Assembly: GCF_006345805.1 (NCBI RefSeq)
Contig: NC_042999.1
Span: 137,764,001 to 137,828,000, forward strand
Reading direction: 5' to 3'
Source: Octopus sinensis
Lineage: Eukaryota
Length of the DNA: 64,000 nt
In this document: positions 1 to 12,820 of the stretch, piece after piece
Layout: every line of letters begins with the position of its first letter
Position numbering within the stretch: position 1 is the stretch's first letter
Position numbers and translations under genes: made by a program
Notes under the pieces: model-generated
What the model was told of the DNA's origin: nothing
Seen by the model: the letters and a program-made list of their open reading frames with translations, nothing else
Database searches by the model: none

Positions 1-2572
1 TGCCTAGCAAAGATAGAAGTTCTCACCAAATTGGAACAGCACATCAGTGTATTCCTTTTGGAAGACTTTAACTTCCCCCACACCACCAGCAAGCACAGGT
101 GGAGTCCCTGCACCACCTTATCAATGCTTCTTTCATGGAGCAAACTGTACTGCAACCAACCAGGGCAAATGATATACTGGATCTTTGCTTCACAAACAAT
201 ATGGACATTATCCATAATGTTAAAGTGACACCGACGCTGGTCTCGGATCACAACATAATAGAGTTGTCTATGTATGGACCAAAAGCTCCCGCAGACGTAC
301 AGCCTATATGAAGCACTCAAAATTTCTCCAAACTAAGTTTTCATAAAGCAAATTGGAAGTTGATTGAGAAAGAGATCCTCAAACAGGATTGGCCTAAATG
401 TCTCTCCATGCCAGATAGTAACATGAAACACAAACATTTCATGTCCATAATACAAGCCACATGTGACAAATCTGTCCCAGTGCGCAGGGCCAACATACAC
501 AAAAACAGGATCCCTAGGGAAAGGAAACTTCTGAGACGACGGACAAAGATTGCGAACCGCCTGAGCAAGCACCCCAAAAGTGGTGAGGAGTCTCGCTTGG
601 AGAGAGCGCTATTGGAGATTGAGAAGTCTACATCAGTCTCACGAAAAGGAGAGAGCAGACAAGAAAAGTTGGGTTATAGAAAATATCAAGTCGGACTCTA
701 AAGCTTTCTTTAACTTTGCCAAAGAAACAGCCTCAGTACGCCTCAAGATAGGAACCATCTTCCAAAAAGATGGCTCCTTTACAGGAAACCCAATGATGAT
801 AAGTGAAATACTGAATGAACAGTTCCAAAGTGTGTTCGCTGCACCTCTGGGACTCAGGTAAATAAACAAACTAGCAGAATTCTTTACCATTTTACCTGTA
901 ACCAAAGAGGCGAAACTTGAATACATCACTATTGAAGAAGATGTAACACTGGCCATAGATGAGATTGACACAAACTCAGCTGCTGGCCCTGATAGATTCC
1001 CAGCAGTCCTTCTCAAATCGTGCAAACGAGCCCTTGCAAAACCACTGCAGCTTCTTTTTCAGAGCTTTCTTGCAAGTGGCAAGCTCCCAGTCAAACTGAA
1101 GGAAGAGATAATATGCCCTGTCCATAGGGGATGAAGCAGAGCAGATACTAAAAATTATAGGCCTATCTCTCTGACCTCGCACATCAACAAAGTCATGGAA
1201 CGAATAGTCTGCAAGAAACTAATCGCGTTCTTTGAAGAGAATTACTTGCTGAATGACACCCAGCATGGATTTCGATCAGATTGAAGCTACTCCTGCAACA
1301 CTACGACTGGGTTTTAAAACAGCTGCTAAATGACTCAAGTGTGAATGTAATATATCTCGACTTTGTAAAAGCCTTTGATAAAATCGACCATGGTATGATA
1401 TGTCACAAACTGCGTGATCTCGGCATAAGAGGATAACTTGGAGAGTGGCTGCACAACTTTCTAAAAGATAGACGTTAGACAGTGGTGACCAACGGAACCA
1501 TCTCCAAGAAAACACAAACAGCAAGTGGTGTTCCATAGTGCACTGCCTTGGGGCCACAGCTATTCATAGTGGCCCTCTCAAATATGCCCTCAGCTGCTCG
1601 AGTAGCCACCCTTGCTAGCTATGCAGATGACTCAAAAGTCTCTCAGACAATACAAAATCCTGGAAATATTGCACATCTGCAACGGGAGTTGGACGCAATA
1701 TACAGGTGGGCTGGGGACAACATGCAGTTTAATGCAGAAAAATTCCAAACCTGTGCTACCAGCACACCAAGCAACGACATGCAGACAGGAACACTGGCCA
1801 AAGAGGAATTGCAATCTCTGAATCAAAATCAGTGCATGATCTGGGCACTGACATGAGCAATGATGCATCTTTCGAAGTGCATATTATTAATTTGGTAATA
1901 AAATGCAGACGGTTAGCTTGATGATCCTCCGAACTTTCAAAACTCTCAAAAGGAGACAGTGATGGTCCTTTGGAGAGCATACGTCCTCAGCCGCTTGGAC
2001 TACTGCTCCCAACTATGGTCTCCACACAATTTTAAAATAGCGGCGTAACTCGAAGCAATCCAACGAAGTTACACAAAGAAAATAGTCTTAATGCAACGTA
2101 TTAGCTACTAGGAAAGACTGAAAGAATTAAAACTCTTCTCCCTCGAACGAAGGCGGGAAAGATATCCAGTAATGTACATCTGGAAATCCTGGATGGCCTT
2201 GTACAAAAGTTAGGCATTGAAAGTTACACAAACAGCAGAACCGCATAGTACCAAAGATCCCAGCATCTCCATCAAAATACAGGACCAGATACTGCAACAG
2301 CTTGGGTTTCAAGAGCCCACAGCTCTTCAATATCCTTCCAAAATTCCTGAGAGACCTACATGGTGTGGATATGTCTTCAAAATAAAACTAGATCTCCTCC
2401 TGTCAAGGGTTGCAGATGAGCCTACCTCGCGGCAGGAAACACAGATGAGGGTAGCAGCATCAAACCCCCTCATTCACCAAATTCCACATACCAGAGGAGG
2501 TTTCAAATAATGGTCACAGCCAACGGTGGTGCCCCAGCATGACCGCTGCTTTGAAGCTGAAACATTTTAAAG
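1..2572 (+). mobile_element. Decayed CR1/L2-group non-LTR retrotransposon (APE endonuclease C-terminal part, RT and 3' tail), running off the left edge
   Basis: APE motifs (E/G)DFNFP, PTRANDILDLCFTN and VSDHNIIEL. RT motifs YRPISLTSHINKVME (~1157-1200), QHGFR (1261-1275), IYLDFVKAFDKIDH (~1351-1392), SGVP*CTALGPQLF and YADD (1620-1631). Many stops and frameshifts. Confidence 0.92.
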
Positions 2573-4139
2573 ATTTATACAAAAAATGACGTTTATTCAA
2601 TATTTCTTACAACAATGGAACAAAAGAGACATTACAATATCGTTTATTAACAGTTTTTTGCAACTTTTCTGTGACTGCTTTTCCCTGGATTCGATAAATT
2701 ATAACCACCAATATATTGCTCGTTTGTCAACGCAAAGATAATAATATTAAGACATAAACAATATCCCCTAATTTCACAAAGCACAACTAATTTTGTTAAT
2801 ATTATATTTTTCAAATTATAAAAAAGTTTATAATTGAAAATTATAATAAAAATGAAAGATTAAATGTCTACGAAAATATAAAAGAGAGGGATTTGTTAGG
2901 ATTTTTTTTTATTGTGTTTCAATATTTATCCATTCTGTTGTTTTCTATCTTATCTAATGATTTGTCGTTAAAGCCTAGAGATAAGAAAACGTATTATTAA
3001 TGAGATAACATCTACGATGTGCATTACTAGCTTGCGTTTAATTTGGTGCCTAAAATTCAAATATTACAACAATGCCAACCCATTTCTCGTTTGCTCATAT
3101 TATTGATATTCATTTACATTTTTTTAACATTACTCAGAGTTAAAAAGTCGATAGATGTGAAACATGTAAGATAAACACAAGAACAGACAAGAAGGCAATA
3201 TAAGAAGTTAACAGAAAAAATATTGGTGTTGATTGACGGAAGGCTCGAGAAGCTAGTTTACTTCAAAATAATAATCATAATCCTAATGAAGGAATTCAAA
3301 AATATTAAAACTAAAAATGCTGATTGGTCTACATAAAGAAATTTAGAAATATCAAAAATGAGAATGATAGTTCCAAAATGATAATGACTACTGAACTTTT
3401 AAAAAAAAAAGTCAAGAATTCAAGATAACTTAAACATTTATTTCTATCAGGCTGTTCAGGAAAATCTAATTGGAACAAGTATGAATGGAATTTGTAATTC
3501 GTTGAAGTCGAACATTTATTGTTACATCCCAATTACTTTCTCAGTATACATTTAGTGTATATCAAAGACAGCAACTTAGCAGAGCTCTTTAATATACGCC
3601 ATTAATTCAACATAAAAATAATATAAAATAGTTTAAAATCTAAATTTCTCTATGTAGTATAAAAAAAAGAGGAAAAATATGAATAACTTGATTTTTCAGC
3701 GCATATCTCTGGTAATTGAAGTAATGAAATAAAATGACATGTCAATTACTCACAGAAGAGAAGAAATGTTTAACGTAATGGTGAATGGAAATTGGGCGAT
3801 ATTTTGGCATTTGTATTATTTCCATAAGTAATGGAGCACAAGGAAAATGACGAATAAAATATCATGCCATTGGCGTAAGTAGAAAAGGGACGCGAAGAAG
3901 AATACGAGTAATTGCTCTGAATAAAATCATTGATTAAGCTCGCTACCAGTCTTTCTCTACGTCAAATGAAAAAGACAGAAAAGACATTGCTACTGGATAC
4001 TGGCTCATTGCCTTAAATTGCCATCATAAACAATGGTTAACTAGTAAAGGTTAAACTTGTCTCCATTCTACAAATGAATGAGGCTCACTCGATGAAAGTT
4101 GCTTATTGGAGATTTTTGCGTGCATGTATGTATCCATGT

Positions 4140-4141
<2 letters not shown>

Positions 4142-4190
<49 letters not shown>
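4142..4190. repeat. (GA)n microsatellite
   Basis: Perfect GA run seen directly. Confidence 0.97.
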
Positions 4191-4194
<4 letters not shown>

Positions 4195-4574
4195 TGTGTA
4201 TGTATATATAAATATATATCTTAAAATATTAACAAGTAATAGACATTGATGAGCCTTTGATCAGTTCGTTCTTTGATCTCTAAATGTTGGGAAATAGTAT
4301 TGTTAGAAGCTGCTTTTTGTTCTGTTTTCTTTTCCTTCTTTTTCAAATATAAATTACGTTTTTATACACGGTTTTCTCTAATCCATTTAATATCTTGGAC
4401 ATGTTTATAGAGTGGATTAATTTAGATCCACGATAAAAGATTTCTACTACACTGGGTACAGAGTACAATCAGTAAAAAATGTTAACATTTTAGAAGAGAT
4501 CTAAGCATTGTGGCTAATGTAAAAAAATCTTTTTTGTTTTTTTTTACTAAAAATGAACATTAGTTACGTCTCTA

Positions 4575-4830
4575 CGTTCTTAGTTCAAATCTTACTGAAT
4601 CAACTTCGCCCTTTATCCCTCCCAAGGTCGACAACATAAAGTATCTGTCAAGCACTGAGGTTGATTTAACCTCAAACCCATTTCACGTCTCAAGCCTTGT
4701 ACCTATTAGCAATATTATTAGCGTCATGCTAAATACCTTGCGGTATTTCTTCTGGTTCTTTACATTTTGAGTTCAAATCCCGCCGAGATCGACTTTGATG
4801 TTATTCCTTTCAGGATCGGTCAAATAAAGA
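4575..4830 (+). mobile_element. Two degenerate tRNA-derived SINE fragments (family A)
   Basis: B-box-like GTTCAAATC followed by GCC.AG.TCGACTTTG...ATCCTTTC.GG.TCG, matching the better copies at 19.7-20.4 kb. Confidence 0.7.
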
Positions 4831-4840
4831 ACCGCCATAC

Positions 4841-5384
4841 CTACACAAAATCGCCCGACTTTGTAACGGCATAACTTCCAGAAATATGAACATTTTTTGT
4901 TGTGAAATTACCTACAAATACGCTTCAGATTATGTACATTCCGATTACATCGGAATTTGTTGGGAAAAATTTTACCCGAGGGTAGAGAGAGAAGTTTCGG
5001 AAAATTCACAAGGCTGGCTTTGTTTCTTCATAACTTTCAGAAAATGTGCATTTTTAATGACATTTTCTACAAATACGTTTCAGACAGTGTACATTAGGAT
5101 TACATCGGAATTTAAAACGAAATATAAAATTGTTGGGCACGCACACATACATACTGACGCACAACACAATTTTTTTTCGAAACTTCAAGTTTCATTTTGT
5201 AGATATATGTGATGTGCGTCAATATGTATGTTAGCAAATCCATCACTTTTTGTTTTTCATATTAAATTCCGATGTTATCGGAATCTACACCATCTGAGGC
5301 GTAGTTGTAGAAAATTACATTTAAAAATGTCCTTTTTTCTGGAAGTTATGAGGAAACAAAATCGGGGGAGGCACACTTGTGTAG
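4841..5384. mobile_element. Foldback/MITE-like element with ~100-bp inverted arms and an internal extra copy of the left arm
   Basis: CATAACTTCCAGAAA...CCGATTACATCGGAATTT (~4870-4958) is the reverse complement of ~5265-5351. A third copy in direct orientation lies at ~5016-5134. No clear TSD. Confidence 0.7.
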
Positions 5385-5544
5385 ATTTGCCTAAAGGATG
5401 AATCAAGTACTCTAGTCAAAAGGATTGTCAGTTTTAATTTCAGATATCTTTAATGTCGATAAAATAGCCTCAGATGTATGCAAGCGCCGAGTCGCTCGAA
5501 AATATCTCCCCATTGTGAGTCGCAGCTGGATGTTTATGGTTTGT

Positions 5545-6905
5545 ATCCCGTCAATGTCACCCACCTGTCAGCTACCGTCCAGTCAACCTTACTAGCTGCA
5601 TCGCCAAACTGATGGAGTCCTGTGTCAGAGAAATACTCAGGAACTTTTGGAGCTCTCGCTGCCTTATTCGCCTTTCACAATTTGAATTTATCCCTAACTC
5701 CAGCTGCTGTAGCCAACTCATCGAGTTTCTTGAGGATATCACCCGAATTACTGATGGCGGCTCATGGGTGAATGTTATCTATCTTGACTTTGCTAAAGCC
5801 TTCAATTCTGTGCCACACAAACGACTCATGGCAAAAGTCTCTGCAATAGATGTGAAAGATGATCTCTATAACAGACTGGAGTCTTTCATTCTCGGTCGAA
5901 CAGTTACGGTTCTAGAACATCGTTCTTCACCCCATGAGATGACATCTGGTGTACCACAGGGATCCGTTTTGGACCCCTACTGTCTGTTGCATATATTAAT
6001 GACATAGATGCCAATTTGAAAAACGTTAGTGTTGAAATATGCAGATGACATCAAGCTGTACCTTGAGATAAAAAGAACAAATCCTATACGCTATAGATCT
6101 TTCCTGCAATCGGACCTGGACACATTGCAGCAAAGGATTTCTGACTGGTAACTCAAACTAGCTGTGGATAAGTGCGTCGCAATGCACTGGGGGGGGGGAG
6201 CTCAACTTTTGCATACTCCCTCAACAACACTAATCTTAAGAAATCTGTTAGTAAACGTGATCTGGGTATTATTGTAAACAGCGGAATGCGTTGGACAAAC
6301 CACATTTCTAAGATTGTCAAGACGGCTGAAGGTGTCATAACATCACTCAGTAAGACCTTTGTCAGCCGCTCTCCAGCTATCTATTTAAAACTATATGTGA
6401 CTATAGTATGTCCACACTTAGAGTTTGCATCACCAGTCTGGAACCCCTATCTTGCTCAGTATATCAATCTTCTGGAAACTGTACAAAAACGTGCCCCCAA
6501 ACGGATATCAGCCACCAGGCATCTACCATAGGCTGAACGTCTTGTTTCCCTAGGTCTGGATACATAAAACTCCAGCGTCCGGCAACTGACTTGGTAGACA
6601 CCCATAAGATTATCCACCGTCTTTCCAACAACCTTTTTGAATTCCATATGTCAAACACTCGCGGACATGCTTACAAAATCAAAAAACTACACAGCACCCA
6701 TGACTTTCGGAAACATTTTCCACGCTCGGAATTGCCGAAGCATGGAATAAACTACCTGCATCAGATGTTAGCTGTCGAGACACTACACCCTTCAAAACTG
6801 CAATCCTTCCTGAAATTCACCAACAGTATACCAACTCTCCTTTTTCTTTCTTTTTTTTTTTTTTTTTTGTAGGGCACCTGAACACTGTATATAACAATTT
6901 CACCT
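5545..6905 (+). mobile_element. 5'-truncated CR1-like LINE (RT plus 3' end), second family
   Basis: PVSYRPVNLTSCIAKLMES, YLDFAKAFNSVPHKRL, SGVPQGSVL, YADD, PHLEFASPVWNP and NTRGHAYKI. The 3' end matches the copy at 49955-50240. Confidence 0.9.
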
Positions 6906-7192
6906 GTATATCGGTATCACGTCCACAGATGTGGTTTCCATCTGCAGAATCAGAAGCACTATGTAATTCATTTCTTTTGACCAGATACAAAAGCCCATTT
7001 TTGTAGGAGAGAAAGAAAATAATCAGGTGAATTATTCCAGATGTTTTTTATCGACCCTTGGGGAATGGAAGACAATGTCGAACGCAACAGTATTTGAACT
7101 TCACTATGAAAGACCGAAGCTAAATGCTATAAAACATTTAAGTTGGTATAATTTATCATTTGACTAATGAGAATTTAGTTAAATGTCTAAAC

Positions 7193-9200
7193 CAGTGTTT
7201 CCCAAATTTTCGCGCCAAATTACAATATCACCCACCTATCAGCCAAAAGATGCCCCATCGCCCACCTGTGTAAAAAAAAATCCTGACGCAATCGAAGGCA
7301 TCAACCGCAAACGAATTGCTTTACCAGTTTGGAATATTCAGTGCAACATCTTGAAATCGCTCCACCATGTCATAGTTGCGATGTGTAGTTAAATCCTAAT
7401 CAACCAATTCATCTTTCAAAGAATCAAGGTGTGGAAATTGATTGAATTGACATTTTGAAATGTTAGTCTTATACAGCACCAATTTCGAAATGAAGGTAGT
7501 GATAAATGATTTACAGTCAACGAGAGTTTTTCTGTTTCCTTGCAATAACTTATTCAAATCATTTAATCTTGTGAATATATCACAAAGAAAAAAGATATCG
7601 CACCTTGCAGCCATCAATGAAGCGGATAGTGGAGTATCTTCAAAGAAAGATATGATTATATGAAACAGTTCAACAAAGCGTAAAACACAGTTTCGTTTTG
7701 TCAGCCACTGCGCTTCGGTATAGTATAAGAGTTTAGTATAGTCCTTCATCATTTTTCAGATAGAGTTGACAGAAAATTCGATGAAACAAGGGACTGGACT
7801 TTAATTTGTTCAGTCTTGATAGCTAACTGTAGCGCATCATTCAATCTACCGTTCATGTTTTTTGCCACTAAATGCTGTCGGTGTGCCAAGCAATGAACAG
7901 TTAGTATCTAGTGGGAAATTTCACGCTTTAGGAGAGATGAAAAACCTCTGTATCTTCCTATCATCAAAGGGTCTCCATCAGACGCACAGGCAAGAATATT
8001 ACTGAGTGGGATATTATGTTCAAAAAGGAAAGATTTGAGAGTGTGAAAAATAGTTGCACCTTTTGAATCAAGCAGAAATTTCTCTCTGAACAACCTTTCC
8101 TCACAAGGTTGAAGGTCTTCGCTGAAATACCGAATATATACCATCATCAAACATTGATTGTCCACAACAGTTGAACCATACACTGGTATAGAAAATTCAG
8201 AACGCTGGAGAATATTCATGAGCTGATATTTGACATCGTTGGCCATTTCATTGATGCATCGAGAAATCGTGTTATTGCTAAGTGGGATCTTCATAATGTT
8301 ATCGGGTTTTTCATGCATAACGGTTAACAAAACCTCTTCGATAGCCGGGCGAATTAATGTTTCTCAAATTGTGTGTGATTTCCTAGACTTAACAACAAGC
8401 AATGCAATGTACCATGCAATCAACCCATCATTCTCCTGCTTGCTAGTTTCCTGGACTAGCGTGATGAATGTTTGTGTTTGCTTTTTGAAAGAGGCACTCA
8501 GTTGCAAAAAGTATGAATACAGCTTGTCCTTCTACTCAGAATGCTTTGCATCAAAGTGATACTTCAAGTGTGAAGGTTTCATTGCTTCGTTCGTCAATGT
8601 TTGATGGCAAAGAAGGCACATTGGTAACTGACAGTTCTGAAAAGAGGGAATAAATCCAAACGATAGGTAATCACTACTGTACTGTCAACAAATTTCCTTG
8701 ACTGGAGACAATGTGAAAATGAATTTCGTGCGTGACTGCACATTGTGTCAACATCCTGAAAATAGCACTTGTGTTTTATGAAACTGTAGAATTACGCACG
8801 ACATATAACCCACTAACTTTTTTTTTTCGGAGTTTTCAGAAAATTTTTGCAAATTTGTATTCTACACGCAGGACTTCATACGATTATGTAAAAAAATTAT
8901 GGTGGAGCGTGATTTAAGGCCTAGGCTTATTTGGATGCTATTTTTAGCACATATGATAACCATCTCAATAACTGTGCAACAAAAATACAAATGCGAGTAG
9001 TCAATTCGATAAAAGAGCATCCTTGTTCTAGGTATATAAGTAAATGCAAAATTACTTTCTAAAAATTCTTTGTCACCCACAGAATGTTCACAACGCCCGC
9101 CAAAATTTCAAATCACCCATAATTTTCTAGAAATGCACCTCCCACTTGTAAGTTGAAATCGTCCACTGGTGGGCAATATTGCCTACTTTGCGAAGCTATG
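7193..9200 (-). mobile_element. hAT (Buster/Charlie group) DNA transposon, decayed, with the C-terminal part deleted
   Basis: TIRs CAGTGTTTCCCAAA and (rc) CATAGCTTCGCAAA. 8-bp TSD GTCTAAAC (7185-7192) / GTTTAAAC (9201-9208). Minus-strand remnants: CLLCHQTLTNEAMKPSHLKYHFDAKH, IPLSNNTISR, ASDGDPLMIG, HCLAHRQHL, YTEAQWLTK, LNDLNKLLQG. Confidence 0.9.
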
Positions 9201-10989
9201 GTTTAAACTATATAACTGGTTGATAAGATAATAATTTTCCAGGCTAAATTTACACTCCATCTTTTGTGCGTAAATTTTAAATGTTTGTTTTTATACTAAG
9301 TTTACATATATACACACATACATACATCGATCGATTAGGTATCTTATTTCTTGATATGTATCTGTTCCCAGATTACATTCAAATGACGAACATCTATTTC
9401 TAAATTAAAGGTAACCGTATTCTTATCTATTGAAACCCTGAGGTGTTTATTCCGTTAGCTTTCAGTGAAAACTGAAATCAAGTTCCACAAACGCTTAATG
9501 TTCAATCTTTTCTTTTTCTTTATATCAACCGATTCCATCAATCCCGCACACTAAAATGAATCGAATAAAACAATGTTGATTTTATTGTTTAAAAAATATA
9601 TTTCATTTCGTTCCAGTTTTTTATTTCACTTTCAAGGAATTGAATTTGTGTGCGTGCGTGTGCTTCGTTTGATTTTTCCATGATTTGCGTGATAAAAAAT
9701 TGGCCCACTTGTCAAAACACTTTAATGAAGAGTTTTTTGTTTTAATTTATTCACACAAAAGTGATCCGGTTTAATCTTCATTATCTTTATGCTAACAATC
9801 TAATCAGTTTGCAAGAAAAGACAATATTTGAACAAAATCCAAAGACAAGGCATTTCATTCTAGAGGATATTTCAATCGAATCTTTTAGAAGGGGATTGTC
9901 TTAAATTCGTAAGATCTTTCAAGAAAGTTTCGTCACGCTTAACAAACAACTTCAACCATTCTGATTTTTCTTCTGATTCTTATCAAATATTGATTAGAAA
10001 TGTAGATATGTCGATCCTCTAAGATATTTCATTAACGGTATTATTCCTTTAGGAAACTATTATTGCAACTACGAGCTTTGAAATAAGCCACGTTGAAGCT
10101 GTTCGGTCTTGACAGGAATTGGGATTGGGATGAAGGAAGAATGAATAATGTAAACGGGAGAGTAAATTTATGTTCATGCCACATAACAAGGAGTAGGTCG
10201 TTAAGATAATTTCTGACTCATACGTTTATTCTTGACAACGGTTGTGGACGTGACGTGTAGGAGATTAGTCGAGCCAATGACGAGAATAATATCCATTCAC
10301 AAATGTGTACTAATTGAAAAAGCCATTGAAATACACAGACATTTAGCAAACTTTTGGTTATTCTGTTTTCATTCAGCTGCTGTCCTCATAGTTTTCCAGC
10401 CTGCCAATAATATATTAAAAAAAAATACTGTTACGGTCTTATTTAAAAGCAGTGAAGTAAGGTGAGCTCCCAGCGAGATCAGCAACTTAAATTTTGATTC
10501 CTTTTTGTAACCCACCGCTAATACTTTTTAAGAAAGTAGGGATGTCATAGTATCTCATTAACATATCCTATAAATCGGAGATGTTGTGCCTACGTAAGAA
10601 ATATTTAATTTACTATAAAATTGCAATGAATGAAATGAAGGAGTTTGTTACACATTTGAATTTCTATCATAGATAACTTCATATGTCAGGGATTTAAATG
10701 AATGAGATGTGACCTTCAAGCCATTTGTAGGAGCAAAATTAAGCATACTTATGCAGTTCAAAGTTCGTTATTCGGGACAATGGCTAATAAATTGTAAACA
10801 ATATTTTCGACCTAGATTTGTTTCAATCGCCAAGATAAACTAGTAAGAGTAACTTTACCTCTCTTATAGTTAATACTGGAATGACTTCGAAATTGGGGAA
10901 TCTTACATATAATAAAATGCAATGTGTGTTCATCAGTCACACTAGGGGGAAAGAAAAGTATATAACGAGAATGGTTAATAAGGGAAATG

Positions 10990-11897
10990 TGTTACGACTA
11001 AGATTGAAACTGGACTGGTAAGCGACGATTTATTCTCCGTTATAAAATACAATGAGTGCCATACATGAAGTAACATAACATAACAGGTTACAACAAAGAT
11101 GTGTGGGTACTATTTAAGAAGAGTGGTCCCGGTGCGTGTACTCGCGCATCCGCGCTAGCTAGTCGTGGCTAGTCGATCCTATAACGGCTACCTATCCTAT
11201 AAAAAAAACCCTATTTGTTTTTTAAAAAAAACATCTAAGTTATGATGGGGGTACCAAACGTTCATCTAATAACTTCTAATAACTTTCAACCGATTTTGTA
11301 TGAACATTTGTTATAGGATAGGTAGTCGTTGTAGGATCGACTAGCTAGCGCGAATACGCGAGTGCGAGCACCGGGACCACTCTTCTTAAATAGTACCGAT
11401 GTGTGAGAGAACTTTGTGGTTAGGCTGGACTGTTGGTATAGTAGACGTAGTTGACATACTGTTTGGTGGTGTGTACATGCACCGTTGTTCTATTGGCTGT
11501 GTGGTCTTCATACAGCAACGATGTAAGCAAGTATCTGATGGAGAAGATGAAAGCGGAGACTGGCTGAGATACATTGTTGCCGGGGACGAGTTGCGTGTGA
11601 TCAGTGGCGTGTGCCAAAGACAAAGCAGTCGAGAATTGCCGCTCTTATGCAGACCAGTGGACTCCCAGAAACTGGTGATTAATTTCCCGCATAAGGAAAA
11701 TGAATCGTTGCGCCAACACGATTGGACAGCTGGAAACCGACCAATACAAACAGGTTCGATTAATCACGCGGTCATGTGACCTGCTGGAACGTTGATTTTA
11801 TTGAAATCACAAGGGTTCTGCTGGAACGAAAAGGGCTTATGGAGCCGATATTTGGGTATTTAGGCCTAGATGAGTCAAAACGAAAGCATCTTACACA
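10990..11897 (-). mobile_element. Probable solo LTR (~610 bp once the nested MITE is removed)
   Basis: On the minus strand it starts TGTG and ends GTCGTAACA, with AATAAA ~35 nt before the end. CpG-rich with CCAAT-like boxes. Flanks AAATG/TAATG are a 4/5 TSD match. No internal coding region. Confidence 0.45.
11106..11397. mobile_element. Non-autonomous DNA transposon (MITE), Merlin-like
   Basis: Perfect 30-bp TIR GGTACTATTTAAGAAGAGTGGTCCCGGTGC, with imperfect arms extending ~90 bp. Exact 8-bp TSD GATGTGTG (11098-11105 and 11398-11405). GG termini plus an 8-bp TSD fit the Merlin superfamily. Confidence 0.85.
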
Positions 11898-12486
11898 TAA
11901 TGACAGTGTAAATCACTTCTGCTGCAAGTAAAACAACAAACGGAGTGGGAGTGGGTGACAGTCACAAATGCTAAAGCAGGCGAACACTATTCAAAGGTTT
12001 TGTCCGGAAGACGCTGGTATTTTAATCAAAATAAAACTGCAAATATTTATCGTAAATTGTATTTACACACATAGACATAAGTATATATATGAAATTAAAT
12101 ATCAAACACTTTTGTTTTCAAAATATCGTTCACATAACGTATATATAAATGTTATGTGACGATTTTATTTATGTGTGTGTGTATATGGTGATTAGAATCA
12201 AAATAAGCAACAATGATATCCAGAAGTAATGCAGTACGTTCGTTTCACGCAACTCCATTTAATTGAACAATCCAACCATTACATCAATTTAAATGCAGAG
12301 CAATCCTCAGTTGCACAAACACATAGAATTTAATTAAATTAAAACAGATGGACACAGCATAATTTTGCCTAAAATCTCCAAGAAATTTAGGAGATAGACA
12401 AAGAACATTGTTGCACTTCCTTACTCTTAGAAGCTACTAAAGTTATCAGGAAGAAAGACTTAAGCAAAATCTGTAACAACTCTTTC

Positions 12487-12628
12487 TTAGCAGTTCGGCA
12501 AAAGAGACTGATAGAATAAGTACTAGGCTTACAAAGAATAAGTCCTGGGGTCGATTTGTTCGGCTAAAGGCGGTGCTCCAGCATGGCCGCAGTCAAATGA
12601 CTGTAACAAGTAAAGGAATAAAAGAATA
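12487..12628 (+). mobile_element. 3' part of a CORE-type tRNA-SINE (family B)
   Basis: GATAGAATAAGTACTAGGCTT...GGCGGTGCTCCAGCATGGCCGCAGTCAAATGACTG tail, identical in layout to the full copy at 57828-58229. Confidence 0.85.
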
Positions 12629-12629
12629 C

Positions 12630-12728
12630 ACGCACACACACACACATATATATATATACAAAAATATATACATACAGACAGACAGACATACATATATACA
12701 TACACATACATATATATATACATGTGTG

Positions 12729-12820
<92 letters not shown>

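Noticed and set aside
7396-8690. Domesticated ZBED/SCAND3/FAM200-like gene
   Set aside because: Multiple stops, lost catalytic residues and retained TIR/TSD.
11114-11389. piggyBac/Kolobok reading of the MITE (TTAA at both ends)
   Set aside because: The inverted repeat continues 8 bp beyond TTAA and is flanked by an exact 8-bp TSD, so TTAA is internal to the TIR.
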